Below, piece by piece: positions 22,919 through 34,545 of a DNA stretch of 64,000 nucleotides. Every line of letters begins with the position of its first letter. The first letter of the stretch is position 1. The translations under genes and the position numbers were made by a program. Source of the stretch: Lingula anatina (lineage: Eukaryota > Animalia > Brachiopoda); contig CM120640.1 in the NCBI GenBank assembly GCA_051362555.1, positions 63,652,788 through 63,716,787 on the forward strand, in the 5' to 3' direction. The notes beneath the pieces are model-generated. The model saw only the letters and a program-made list of their open reading frames with translations. It did no database searches and had not been told where the DNA came from.

Positions 22919-24520
22919 TCAGTCAACTTTCTTCTGTGACTTTGACTCGGGGGATGAACAAAGGCAGTAGTAAAATGTGCTGGACAACACTGCTACGCCA
23001 GCAAACACTACCACTATAAGGTCAATAAGGTATTTTTGATACCATACCATCTCTCGAGTTTTGGGATGAAGGTAATGCGCACCGCCTTCAGCCAAGACGG
23101 AATTAATTGAACGTAGAATATTCGGACCATGCGCTGTGACACGTTCTTTAAAAATCTGTGAAACCCTCCTAGCGTTTGATCTGATTGTGGAATTGTGTAA
23201 CAATCCTTGGATTGCAGCAAAGAGAGTCTCCGCAGTCAATGTAGATATGTCAACGCATTTTCCCACGAAAAGTCTGTCGCTCAACTTTTTGCAGTTTGCT
23301 GGTTGGTCTCCAGCTAAAGGAATGCCCAGAACAGGGACGCCATGGAAAATACTCTCGTAGGCTGCCCCAGCTCCACAGTGGGAAATGAAAAGCTTCACTT
23401 TCGGATGTGATAATAAATACGGTTGAGGAAGCCATTCCATGAGAAGTGTATTTTGGCCAAGATTGAGAGGAGGTGTATTCAACTGTGGATATCGCCAAAT
23501 GACTTTATGGGGTAGTCGCGCAAAAGCATCAGCAAAAGCTTTGGCCCATTTGACTTCATAATCAAGTAACATCGATCCAAAACTCACCACGATTATTCCG
23601 TTTTCGTCAGAAGATTTGATGACTCCCATTACATTCTTATACAAAGGCTTTTTCGGCTTACTCACCCACTGATTAAAAAATCCGCCTATAAACAACATGT
23701 CGGAATAAACTGGTCCGGGATAATCAAACAAGAAATCTGAATTCATGAATCCAAGAGTTATGTTATTGAAAACGTTATTCGGATCCGGGTCTGAGAATCC
23801 GTGCTCTAACATGATTTTATGAAATCTTGGATAAAATATCCAGTCCACGTATTTCCGCTGCAAGGGACGGAGGACGAATAGTTGCCACGCATTTCTTACT
23901 CTTTCGAAGAAGGACATGTTATCAGATATTGCTTCATAATTATCTGGAGTGAACGATATTGCTGGGTATAGATCAGGGATTTGCATGACGTGAGCGCCTG
24001 GGAGCATTTGCACTGTGACCAGAGGGATTTTCAAATAAGCTGCGACGGCGTAGCCACATAACCAAAAATAATCTGTAATAACGACTTGAAATCTACTGCG
24101 TATTAAAGTCGTCAAAGTTGCATTGTCAGCAAACAAATCAGATGTGGCTTTGAACGATGTGCTATGCTCCGTCATTCTCATACCGTTCACATCCATACGG
24201 CGGAAGCTGTCCAAACTGTCAAATCCTTCACATCGTCCGAGTTTTGGTGTAGCTCTGTCAACACTTGACGGGTCTTTGTATCGTAAAACTTGAATATTTG
24301 TATCTTGGATATCAAACGATACGTATGGTCCACGATAGGTTTCAGGCACTAAGAGGGTGACATTGTGCCCATTCTCTGATAGGTACCACGATAATATCTC
24401 CAGGTTGATCATGTGAGAGTTGATACAATGGCTATAAGGTGCCATCAAAATATTGCCAGCCTTAGTGACAATAAATAAAGTGAAGCCAAAAACAAGTGTT
24501 TGGGTGAGTGAAAGTGCCAT
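22919..24520 (-). CDS. UDP-glucuronosyl/UDP-glycosyltransferase (GT1), membrane-bound, intronless CDS, 533 aa
   Basis: Signal peptide, catalytic SH near the N-terminus, UGT signature WLPQPYLLSHPKVKLFISHCGAGAAYESIFHGVPVLGIPLAGDQ, WYQKYLIDL plus a TM helix, C-terminal KKVD ER-retrieval motif. A poly-T/CAG acceptor at ~24555 implies a 5' UTR intron. Confidence 0.95.
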   Translation of the reverse strand: MALSLTQTLVFGFTLFIVTKAGNILMAPYSHCINSHMINLEILSWYLSENGHNVTLLVPETYRGPYVSFDIQDTNIQVLRYKDPSSVDRATPKLGRCEGFDSLDSFRRMDVNGMRMTEHSTSFKATSDLFADNATLTTLIRSRFQVVITDYFWLCGYAVAAYLKIPLVTVQMLPGAHVMQIPDLYPAISFTPDNYEAISDNMSFFERVRNAWQLFVLRPLQRKYVDWIFYPRFHKIMLEHGFSDPDPNNVFNNITLGFMNSDFLFDYPGPVYSDMLFIGGFFNQWVSKPKKPLYKNVMGVIKSSDENGIIVVSFGSMLLDYEVKWAKAFADAFARLPHKVIWRYPQLNTPPLNLGQNTLLMEWLPQPYLLSHPKVKLFISHCGAGAAYESIFHGVPVLGIPLAGDQPANCKKLSDRLFVGKCVDISTLTAETLFAAIQGLLHNSTIRSNARRVSQIFKERVTAHGPNILRSINSVLAEGGAHYLHPKTREMVWYQKYLIDLIVVVFAGVAVLSSTFYYCLCSSPESKSQKKVD

Positions 24521-25247
24521 ACTTCGAGGTCTGGCACAATCCAGGATTAGCGCGCTGAAAAAAAAAAAAAAAAAAAAAACAATAAGAAAAAGTTAATTGC
24601 CTATTATATAATTCTGAATGTGAAAAATTACTTCAAAAGTTATGTTTAAGTAAAATGGGACATAACATAAGATCGAAAGTAATAAGTGACGAGATTATAG
24701 TCTCTGGCGCTGGCAAACACCTGCCAATATCTATATTTCTTTTATACTATCAGTAATAGAGGAAATGGATTTTCACGTTGGTTTTGAATCTCGATTAATC
24801 TCAACAAGCAATAGGAAATTCTCCCGTTTTTCCGTGGGAAAAAAACTAATAAGGTAGCCTGCAGCGTGGTAAATCAGCAAGCCCCGCATACATTCTGTCT
24901 GAAGTTTGTAAGATGTCTGTCTTCCTCAAAATATGAAAGTGGCTATTAGTGCACCTACACAAATTAATGATCAAAGGTCCAGCTCCGACAAATATTGTGG
25001 AACTTCTATCTAGAACACTGCAGTTATGATCCCTTAGACGGTCATCAAAACAGTTTGCATACCCATCTTCTGGATAGACAGCTAGTGTGCCTCCATCAGA
25101 ACAGAAGGACAGTTGACGTGAAACTCGGCGCAAACGAAAACCAAGAAAAATGTATGAAACACAATATGAATCGTTTTATCTTGTTTATCCCCCTTTTCGC
25201 TCTCCGGACTGTGGAATATATTTCCCCGTTTTGGAATCCCTTGTTAA

Positions 25248-25957
25248 GGATATTGTCTCCATTCGCCAAAAACTCTTTATTTACTGCCATAAGTACATTC
25301 ATTTGGGTACAATATAAATCTTCAGTGTTCGGTGACTAAATTAAGTAACATTTACATAAATATAAATCTTCAGTGTTCGGTGACTAAATTAAGTAACATT
25401 CACATGCATATCATCTTACGGGTTACGTCATAATTGTGATTTTGTGGTAAAAACTAAAAAAATCGGTTTCTCAAATTTCCCCTTTACCTGAGTCCCCACG
25501 ATCACCGTTTTAACGCCGAATTGAAGACACTATTTAGTACTCCAAAATTCTGCCAGCGACTTTCTGAGAAGTCTTATTTAAGATTTTATCGAAAATCTGT
25601 AATTAGGGGCTCATAACTCCATAACAAAACATTTTAACCAAAATGACGGCGGGATTGTAGCGCATACACTCGTGGTAAACTCTGCCAATTTTGATGATAA
25701 AATCTTGTTTAGGGATAAAGTCACACCTCATACCGATTGTTATCTCACCTCAAGATATAAAGATGTTAAATTGACGATTAAAGCTTTGAGTTGCCTATGC
25801 TTATACATTGCAATGAGAAATATAAATGCCGATATTTTATATTTTCGAGTTTTTTAATTGTTTTAAATCAGCACAAAGATAGATGCAGTGTAGAATAATT
25901 AGATGCAGGAAAACCCCAATTTCGGTATCTGGATATTAAAAAAGGGTTACAATATCC
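25248..25957 (+). mobile_element. Kolobok-like MITE (710 bp) with TTAA target duplication
   Basis: TTAA(25244-47)|GGATATTGT ... ACAATATCC|TTAA(25958-61). Internal ~48-bp tandem duplication at ~25311-25400. Inverted copy at 9763-10345. Confidence 0.8.
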
Positions 25958-26838
25958 TTAAAAGCTCCAAATGTTTTGACGATGGCATGAATGCTATATT
26001 AGTCAGCGGCAGTGTTGATGACCCCTTATCACGGACTCATGGACGCAATTCTGTCTTTCCTTTTTTCTTTTCTTTTTCTGCTCCAAATGTTTAACAAGTT
26101 CAACCAAAGCAGACCAATTTACATCAATTCAATTGTTCAATTTATCATGAGTGTAAATGAATCATTTTGTTCAGCATGGCATTAATATTTTTACTCAGAA
26201 GTTAACTAGTTTAGCAGAAAAACGGCATGATAAACCTACACGTAATTTGGCATTCGAATGCACTTTTTTAAAATTAATGTATAATAAGAAGAAAAATAAA
26301 AGGCTTACCATATTTTATCACAAATCTCTTTACAGACCGGTCCCGGCAGAAATTTGCGGTTATATTGTAACTCACGTCGCAAACAGCTGCGAGTATAAGA
26401 TATGTAAGGACAGCCTTAAGATATGAGCATGCACGTCATGTACAAGGATCACTGGCAAAGATGGATATTGATAATATTTGAGATGCATCAAATTTAAAAA
26501 ACATGACAAACAATCATTATTATCATACAACTGAAAAATTATAATACCAGTAGGTGATATTCAAAAGGAGGAATTTATTAGAAAAAATGTAGTTGCTTTT
26601 GAATTATTTACAAAGGTTATTACATGGAAGCCTTTTGCTAGTTAGCATGCTCCAAGCAAGAATAAATAAAGATCAAAGCTGGATAAAAATGTTAAGTAAA
26701 TGAGCAGTGTGGCACAAGTTGTTGCTACACACTCTTGTTCTTTTTAATTTGTCATTATTGTGAAGAAATCCACCGACAAGCTTCCAAATCCTGGCATGGT
26801 TATATACCGGGTACATGCAATTATCATTTATCTTCATT

Positions 26839-27951
26839 ATTTTTATGTACAGACACTTATGTGTCTGAACACATAGCCGTCGCCTGTGTCTGTCGTCGTC
26901 GTGTACTTTCAGTGTTATACATATAAGATGAAAACCGTTTTACCTTTCGTCTTCAAACTTACAGAACTGATGAATATTTACAAAATACAGGTCAAGTTCG
27001 AAAATAAGCCCGATAGGACAATTTTTCCAGAAGTTATGCTGTTTTTTTTTTCAGCAGCTTTTTTCAGCATATTTTATTAACGGTTATATAAACAAAATGA
27101 AAACCCTTTTACCCTTTGTCTTCAAACCTACAGAACCAATTTTCAGAAACTACCTGTACAGTAAGTTGTAAAATCAGCCTGATCTGACCATTCTTCTAGA
27201 AGTAACGCTGTTTTTTTTTCGTTATATTTTATCCACCGTTATACAAATAAAATGAAAACCATTTTACCTTTTGTCATCAAACTGCGGAACTGATATTTAT
27301 GAAATACGTGTCAAGTTTGAAAATCAGGCTGACTGGACCATTTTTCCAATGAGTTATGCTATTTTTTTTCAGTATATTTTTTCTTGCATTATACAAATAA
27401 AATGAAATTCATATTTTCTTTGAAACTGACTAATTCAAAATCTGATATATAGATCAAGTTCAAAAATTGGATTGATCAGTTTATTTTTGTTGAAGTTATG
27501 CTGATTTTTGTATATAAATGGGTTTTCCTCATGCCATTCTTATGCATGTTAACAGTCTTAGAATTAAGCTATCATATTTGTAACAGTGTTCTTTAACATT
27601 TTCTGCATCTTAACAATATTTTATAAAAAAAATAAATAAAAATAAATTGCTTATATAAAAATGATGGTATATCTATTATTGTGCATTGTGTAATAAAGTG
27701 TCAAAATCGAAAATAAACCCAAATCAGATCAGTTTGTCAGATTCAATCGCTCACTATGTTCAGGATCTCAGAATGGAGCAAATAAGACATTTAAAATTAT
27801 TTTATTGATATTTTCTGATCTCAACAATTTCGTTTGTTGACCATATAAAAATGATAGTAAATTGGTTATTTTGTATTATGTAAAAAAAATATTGAAAATG
27901 GACATTTTTTCTGCTTTATGTCTATACATTTGGCAGTTGAGCTGCCTTGTT
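26839..27951 (+). mobile_element. HINE copy B (shorter derivative of 6808-9473)
   Basis: 5' ATGTACAGACAC..GTGTCTGAAC palindrome, (GTC)n, four ~150-bp tandem units, region homologous to 7400-7750, 3' TGTCTATACAT plus GGCAG-ttgag-CTGCC hairpin plus TTGTT. Confidence 0.75.
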
Positions 27952-28699
27952 ATTATTGTTGTTGCTGTTACTATTATTATTATTATTATACAACTTTATT
28001 GATTAAATTATTGATACCAGTAGGTAAAAATAAAAAGGATGACTTTATTTGAAAAAAAAAATGTAGTTACCTTTGAAATATTTTCAATTTCAAAAGGTAT
28101 TACATGAGAGCCTTTAACTAAATTAGCATACACCAAGCAAGAATAAATAAAGATCAAAGTTGGACACACACATACAGTGAATGAGTAGTGAAAGGAATAA
28201 CAACTGTTGTGTAAGATATCAATATTTCACAATAAATACATTATAAACAACTCATAGAAATATAATAAAATCTATTTTACCACCAAAACGGCAGTTAATG
28301 TATTTATTCTGGAATTTGTGTTTGCCATCATATCACACGACCTCCATATATGGCTACACTCTGTAATGATATCTTAAGAGTATATTACAAAAAGACCAAA
28401 CATTTTAGGAGAAAAAACAGGGACTTACTTTGAATGTCAGAATGAATTCATTAACCATTGGTAAGTATGGGAAAATTGTCCATTACCCCAGGAAAATCAA
28501 TTTTTTTTTCCTAAATGAACACCTGTTATCCCTTTAAGTTCAAATCATTGCTGCACTCAGTTGTATCATCTGCCATTTTTGTGAAGAACCCCTGACTTTT
28601 ATCAGCATTTTGGCTATACTTATGTTATAATTTGTCCACAACAGTCTTAGAGACCTTTCAAACTGAGTCATGTCAAAATAAACTACTGCATGCTAACTT

Positions 28700-28850
28700 C
28701 ACAGAGACTCACTGAATGCCGCCAATTAAACAGACTAACACACTTCCTCCTGGTGTTGAGTATAATACAGAGAAGCTGGTGAGTATAAAATAATAATATG
28801 TTGGAACCAAGAGGAGGCTTGTTAGTCCCTATATCAATGTATTCTGAATG
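28700..28850. repeat. Short interspersed repeat; inverted homolog at ~45810-45960
   Basis: GGTGTTGAGTATAATACAGAGAAGCTGGTGA..TTGGAACCAAGAGGAGG is the reverse complement of CCTCCTCTTGTTTCCAA..TCACCAGCTTCTCTGTATTTTACTCAACACC at 45860-45920. Confidence 0.6.
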
Positions 28851-29339
28851 CTCTCCCTTTGATTTTTCAATCATGTCTGCTTCCTTAATTAAGAATTTTT
28901 TGAGCAAAAATGTTCATTAGCTTGGTAGTTGAATCATAAATGAAAATTATCAAGCACAAGCCGAAATTTATTTCATACTGTTAGCTTATGACCAGCCTGG
29001 ATATAGGCCTATGTTATTAGAATTTTTTATCTTTCTTAAATTTTTTCATGGCAATTGTACAGTTAATCAGTACACGAAAAAGTATTAAATGATACATTAT
29101 CTAAAACAAATAACAACACTTTTAGTGTCTTTTTAAAAAAGACTGTCAACCTGCACAAAACATACAGTATAAGTTTACCTAAATAATAAATAAATAATAT
29201 CCATAAAAGCAAAAGACAAAACAAAGCCTGCATATCAAATACAAAAATGAATGTATCACAATTCTACCTATTCATACAACATTACTGAGATCAACCAAGA
29301 ATGCGCATGAGCACCAGAAACATCATCACAACTGCCATC

Positions 29340-29660
29340 TTGGAAGTCATCATGTGCAGGAATATCAGTGTACCAATTGTAATCGTTTATCATCACATGG
29401 GAAATAGGACAGAAACTTTTATTGGAAATCATCATGTGCAGGAATATCAGTATACTGATTGTAATCATTTATCATCATGAATGTCCCCATAGGATAACTG
29501 GTCATTGAATACATCTCAGCGCTAGATCATCAGCGCATGACCAGTTTGTCCTGAGGAAGGCTCTTGAGTAGAGCTAAAAATCTGATGTTATAAAAGCATT
29601 GTCTGTGATACTATTAATTCAACAATTCATGCATATATACCAGACTAATGAACTTTTTTT
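29340..29660 (+). mobile_element. Penelope-like pLTR fragment with degenerate hammerhead, nested in DIRS
   Basis: Duplicated ~50-bp block (CATCATGTGCAGGAATATCAGT.. at 29348 and 29430), then CTGAGGA-AG-GCTCT-tgagt-AGAGC-TAAAA at 29551-29579. Confidence 0.45.
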
Positions 29661-29697
29661 AAGAAGACTGTCACAGTTTTCAGAAGGAAAGGACACA

Positions 29698-29998
29698 GAG
29701 TGAGTCACAGGGGATAATATGTATCCAACATTTTCCTCATACCTAAAAAAGATGGTGATCACCACATGATCCTGAATCTAAAGTCTCTAAATAACTTTGT
29801 AAAATACAGACATTTTAAATTGCACATTATTCATACATGCACACAGCTTATGGCACAAGATTGCTTTCTAGCTTCTACTGACCTCTCAGATGCCTACTAC
29901 ACAGTACCGGTACATGATAATTATCAGAATACATGAAATTCACCTTTGATAACCAGCTGTACAAATTCACTTGCTTAGCCAATGGACTAACTTCAGCG
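29698..29998 (+). pseudogene. DIRS reverse transcriptase, N-terminal fragment
   Basis: YVSNIFLIPKKDGDHHMILNLKSLNNFVKYRHFKL..DCFLASTDLSDAYYTVPV..(frameshift)..KFTFDNQLYKFTCLANGLTSA. Has a stop and a frameshift, and is truncated before YxDD. Confidence 0.88.
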
Positions 29999-30109
29999 AG
30001 GGTAGGGAATACCCCCCCCCCCTTAATCACCTATCACGAAGAATTAAAACAGGTCAATCACCAATCACGAAGATATATTCAGGCCAATTACCATTCATGA
30101 GGATACAGA

Positions 30110-33100
30110 CAAGCATTTTAAGTCATACACCAAGCATGAGATAGAAGTGTGTGGGAAAGTTATTATGGAGACTTCCTACAAACAAAGAAAGGCTTCGATA
30201 TCATTCTACATTGTGAAACATGACCAAAAGCCAATCCTATCTGGGGAAGCCAGCAAGAGGCTAGGACTAATTCAGAGGATTCACAAAGTCAAGTCAGCAG
30301 AAGCAGAAATAGATAAGTACCCTGAGTTCAAAGCAACAACAGGAACATTGCAAGGTATTTACACCCTGAAAATTGACCCTACAGTGCCGCCAGTTGTCCA
30401 CAGTCCACGAAGACAGCCTCAAGCCTTAATGCCTAAGATTAAAGAAAAGCTAAGGAAATGGAGGAGGCAGGTCACTTGGTAAAAGTTAAAGAGCCTACAG
30501 ATTGGGTGAATTCCATGGTGGTAGTTTGTAAGAAAGATAAGGTCAGGATCTGCATTGACCCAAAGGACTTGAACAAAGCCATAGGAAGAGAAAATTACCC
30601 CATACCAACGGTTGAGGAAGTAGTAGGATCCATGTCCTCTGGTGCGCATGTCTTCTCAGTCATAGATGCACAGTCAAGATTTCTGCAATTGGAATTGGAC
30701 TACGAGTCAAGTCTCCTGACAACTTTCAACACCCCTGTTGGACGTTACTGATTCCTAAGACTACCCTTTGGTATAAAATCGGCACTTGAGATATACCAAA
30801 AGGCCATGGATCTCATGTTAGAGGGAATCGACAGTGCACAAGGAGTAATGGATGATATTCTTATTGCTGCTGAGACTCCTGAAGAGCATGACCACATCCT
30901 GAAGAGAGTGGCAACAAGAGCAAAAGAGTTGAACCTAAAACTCAACTTCAACAAGTGCCAAATCATACAACCTTGTGTGAAGTATGTTGCTCACATGATA
31001 ATTCAAGAAGGCTTAAAATCAGACCCTGACAAGGTGAAGGCAGTGAGAGATATGCCAGTACCAAAGTCAAAAGAAGAGGTAAGATGTTTCCTTGGTTTCA
31101 TTCAGTACATGTCCAAATTCATACCAGACCTAAGTAAAGTAGATGCACCCTTGCGTGAAGTCACAAGACAAGGAGTTTTACTGGAGCAAGTCATAGGAAG
31201 AAAAGTTTCCAAGCTTCAATGTCTGTGTTGTGAGACACCAGTACTTGCGTATTATGACCCTAAGAAGGAGCTTACAATACAGTGTGATGCCAGTAGCTAT
31301 GGAATAGGTGGAGTTATCCTACAGGAAGGTCAGCCCATTGCTTACTCGTCCAGAGCTCTCAACAAAACAGAGCAAAATTATGCACAGATCGAAAAAGAAA
31401 TGCTTGCTGTTGTACATTGCTGCAGAAAGTTTCACCATTATATATTTGGATGCCATGTTACAGTGGAGAGCGACCACAAACCATTGCAGGCAATTTACAA
31501 GAAACCTCTGTTGTCAGCTCCTATGCGTCTACAGGGAATGATGTTCAAGCTACAGCCCTACGATATTATGCTAAAGTATAAGCCAGGGAAAGAGCTAGTA
31601 ATAGGAGACATGCTCAGTAGAGCAAATTTGCCTAACACAGTCCAAGATATGGGGCCAGTCTACATTAATATGGTGGATTATTTGTCAATTGCTCCAGCAA
31701 GGTACCAGCAATTCCAGGAAGCAATAGCCACAGAGCTTAGTGAGTTGCATACTATGATTCTGAAAGGATGGCCAGACACAAAGGAGGAAGTGCCCCACTC
31801 TATTAGGCAGTATTGGAACACAAGAGAGGAACTCTCTGTGTATGATGGCATTGTCTATAAAGGAAAGAGAATAGTAGTACCACCCAGCATGCATTCTAAC
31901 ATGCTTTCTCAAGTACACAAGTTGCACCTGGGCATCACCAAGTGCAAACAGAGAGCAAGAGAAGCCCACTACTGGCCAGGCATGAATCAACAGATTGAGA
32001 ACCTAGTAAATGACTGTGCCATTTGCAATTCATACCAGAACAGTCTACCGAAAGAAACACTCAGACCTATGAAAACCCCTGATATGCCATGGTCTGAAAT
32101 TGGATCGGATATTATGGACTGGAAAGGAGAACACTACTTAGTGACTGTTGATTACTTCTCCAAGTACACAGAGGTGGATAAATTGTTAGACCTCAGTAGT
32201 GCTGCAACCACTGATGTTTTGAAAGCACAGATTAGTCGCCATGGCATCCCATTGAAGATGCGTACAGATAACGGTCTTCAATACAGCTCACAAGAATTTT
32301 CTGAGTTTTGTATGGACTTTGACATTGAACATGTAACTTCGTCTCCAAAATACCCTCAGTCAAATGGAGAGGCAGAGCGTGCTGTTCAAACAGTAAAGAG
32401 ACTATGGGAGAAATGTGAAGACAAACATCTAGCTATGTTGGACTACCGCCTCTAGAGCACGCCTCTAGAAAGTTGTGGCCTATCACCCACTCAGATGCTT
32501 ATGTCAAGACAACCCAGGAATAAAATCCCTATAAGCAAAACTTTGCTGAAGCCAACAGCATACAAGTTAGAGGATGATGTCAGTTATGACCAAAAAGCAA
32601 GTGGACAGTTGCCAGTCTACTGTACCCTGCAGGGACGACGTGTGGGGAGGTGTGTGAGAGGCGGAGAGACTATTAAAAGATTAGGCAGTTTTTCTTTCAT
32701 GTACATCCGCCATTTTTAGTTCTCAGGATTTGTAAAGCCTGGCTCAATTCGTTGAGAATGCGGCCTTAGTGAGAGGAGACCCAGTGTACATGGCACCCTT
32801 TCCTGGAGCCAAACAATGGCTTCCAGCAACAGTAGTAGATCATCATCACTATCCTAGATCCTATATTGTAGAATATAAGGGGTGAAAATACAGGAGAAAC
32901 AGAAAGTACCTGCACTTGTCGACCTACAGAGCAAATGAAAGAAACACAAAGCCCAAGATATTGGATATTCCCATACCAGCTACCAAAGAAACACCAAAGA
33001 AAGAACCAGCTTCAATGTTAACTGGCACAGAAACCAGTATGACCACTAAACTAAAGCAAGTTAATACCCCGTCGGTGAAAACTGAAAGCAAAATTCCTAT

Positions 33101-33152
33101 TATTACTCGTAGTGGCCGTGTCTCTCAGCCACCAAGAAAACTAAACTTATAA
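30110..33152 (+). mobile_element. Ty3/gypsy LTR retrotransposon pol remnant (protease tail-RT-RNase H-integrase), nested in DIRS, no LTR or gag seen
   Basis: EPTDWVNSMVVV..VRICIDPKDLNKAI..TTFNTPVGRY*FLRLPFG..VMDDILI..QCDASSYGIGGV..YAQIEKEMLA..SDHKPL..integrase HxxH/CxxC, VDYFSK, TDNG, SNGEAERAVQTVK..TRSGRVSQPPRKLNL*. Frameshift near 30455, stops at 30749 and 32453, and a ~150-bp insertion at ~32619-32768. Confidence 0.92.
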
Positions 33153-33811
33153 CAAATCAATACAGTGATTCATCATGGGCAGAATAATCCCATCAATCAA
33201 TGTACTTGTAGCCTTAGATAGTCCACTCTGAGGCTACCCTTTAGTTTCAAGTTAAATTGTTGCAAGTCAGTTGGTTTAAGTAGTTTGTTATTGTTTCTTC
33301 ATCAAGCAACAGAATTCACTTTTACAAATTAAATAACTTTAATCTTATTTGGAACACTACAGAGAGACGATTAACTCTAAGACGGTGAACTTTAAAAAAA
33401 TTACTTTAACAGAGATGACATTGATTCATGTTGTTTATGCTTTATTCAAATGATCTGCCCGATACCACTATAAGGGCTGTGCAATGGCTAGACCAAAATC
33501 AGTTTTTAAAGCAGAATGTTGCTTGTGTTGTGGTACTGACCTTCGACTGCAAGATATTCTTAGTTCAAACTTGAAACTCGGCGTTAGTCACTTTGCTTCT
33601 TGTCTCGTCTGCATGAGATAAGGTAAGCGCAAGGTGGGAAAGGCAGCTCCAGTCAGCACAGAGACTTGTGACTTCCAAATATGGAAGTGCCCCAGGCAAA
33701 ATTTTTCTGAAGAATGCCTCCAGGTTGACGGTAGTGGCTAGAGCCAGTTTTGCTGATATGGGTTATATATGAAATCAAGATTGAGCTGGCAAAACTGAAA
33801 TCTAGAACCTA

Positions 33812-34545
33812 GGGTAACTACTGGGGAAAGATGGGCAGATATGGACCTGTTTGCACATATTAATTATCTGGAATTAAAGGCTGCCTTCTTAGGTTTATGC
33901 TCCCTGTGCAAAAATGAACAAGATACTTACATCCTTTTACAAATGGATAATACCACAGCTGTAGCCTACATACAAAACATGGGTGGAAATAACTCTCTTT
34001 TTATTAGCAAATTAGCAAGATATATTTGGTTTTGGTGCAAGTCTAAAAATATCTGGCTAACCGCAACACACATTCCTGGTAGTGAAAATAGGGAAACTGA
34101 TCAAACAAGTAGGAAGTTTGATGGTAGACACGAGTGGAAACTGGACAGCGTAATATTTAATCAACTTGTTCAATTATGGGGCCTACCAGACATAGGCATG
34201 TTTGCCTCTAGAATAAATTACCAGTTTATTCCTTATGTATATTGGAAACCTGATCCCAAAGCTTTCCCTATCAATGCATTTACCATTAATTGGTTTGGGA
34301 AATATTTATGGTTATTTCCTCCTTTCAGCTTAATCACACAAGTACTCAAGAAACTGAAGGAAGACCAGGCCAAAGCCATCCTGATAGATCCAGCTTGGCC
34401 CATTCAGCCATGGTGGCCAAAAATCCATCAGCTCCAACCAGTGGAGCTCCCACACAGACAGTCACTACTCGCCCTCCCATCCAGCCCGGACCTGACTCAC
34501 CCACTACGGATGATGGCCTTTCTCTTGTCAGGAAACACAGGTAGA
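33812..34545 (+). pseudogene. DIRS RNase H plus Dam-like N6-adenine methyltransferase domain
   Basis: HINYLELKAA..MDNTTAVAYIQNMGG..HIPGSEN..D..SR (RNase H), then PDIGMFASRIN..PDPKA..NAF..W..LFPPFSLI..PAWPIQPWW (DIRS MT domain). Confidence 0.88.

Noticed and set aside
33150-33810. Gypsy polypurine tract and 3' LTR
   Set aside because: No convincing PPT, TG..CA or matching 5' LTR. The segment holds a short palindrome (CTAGAGCCAGTTTTGC/GCAAAACTGAAATCTAG) more like another repeat.
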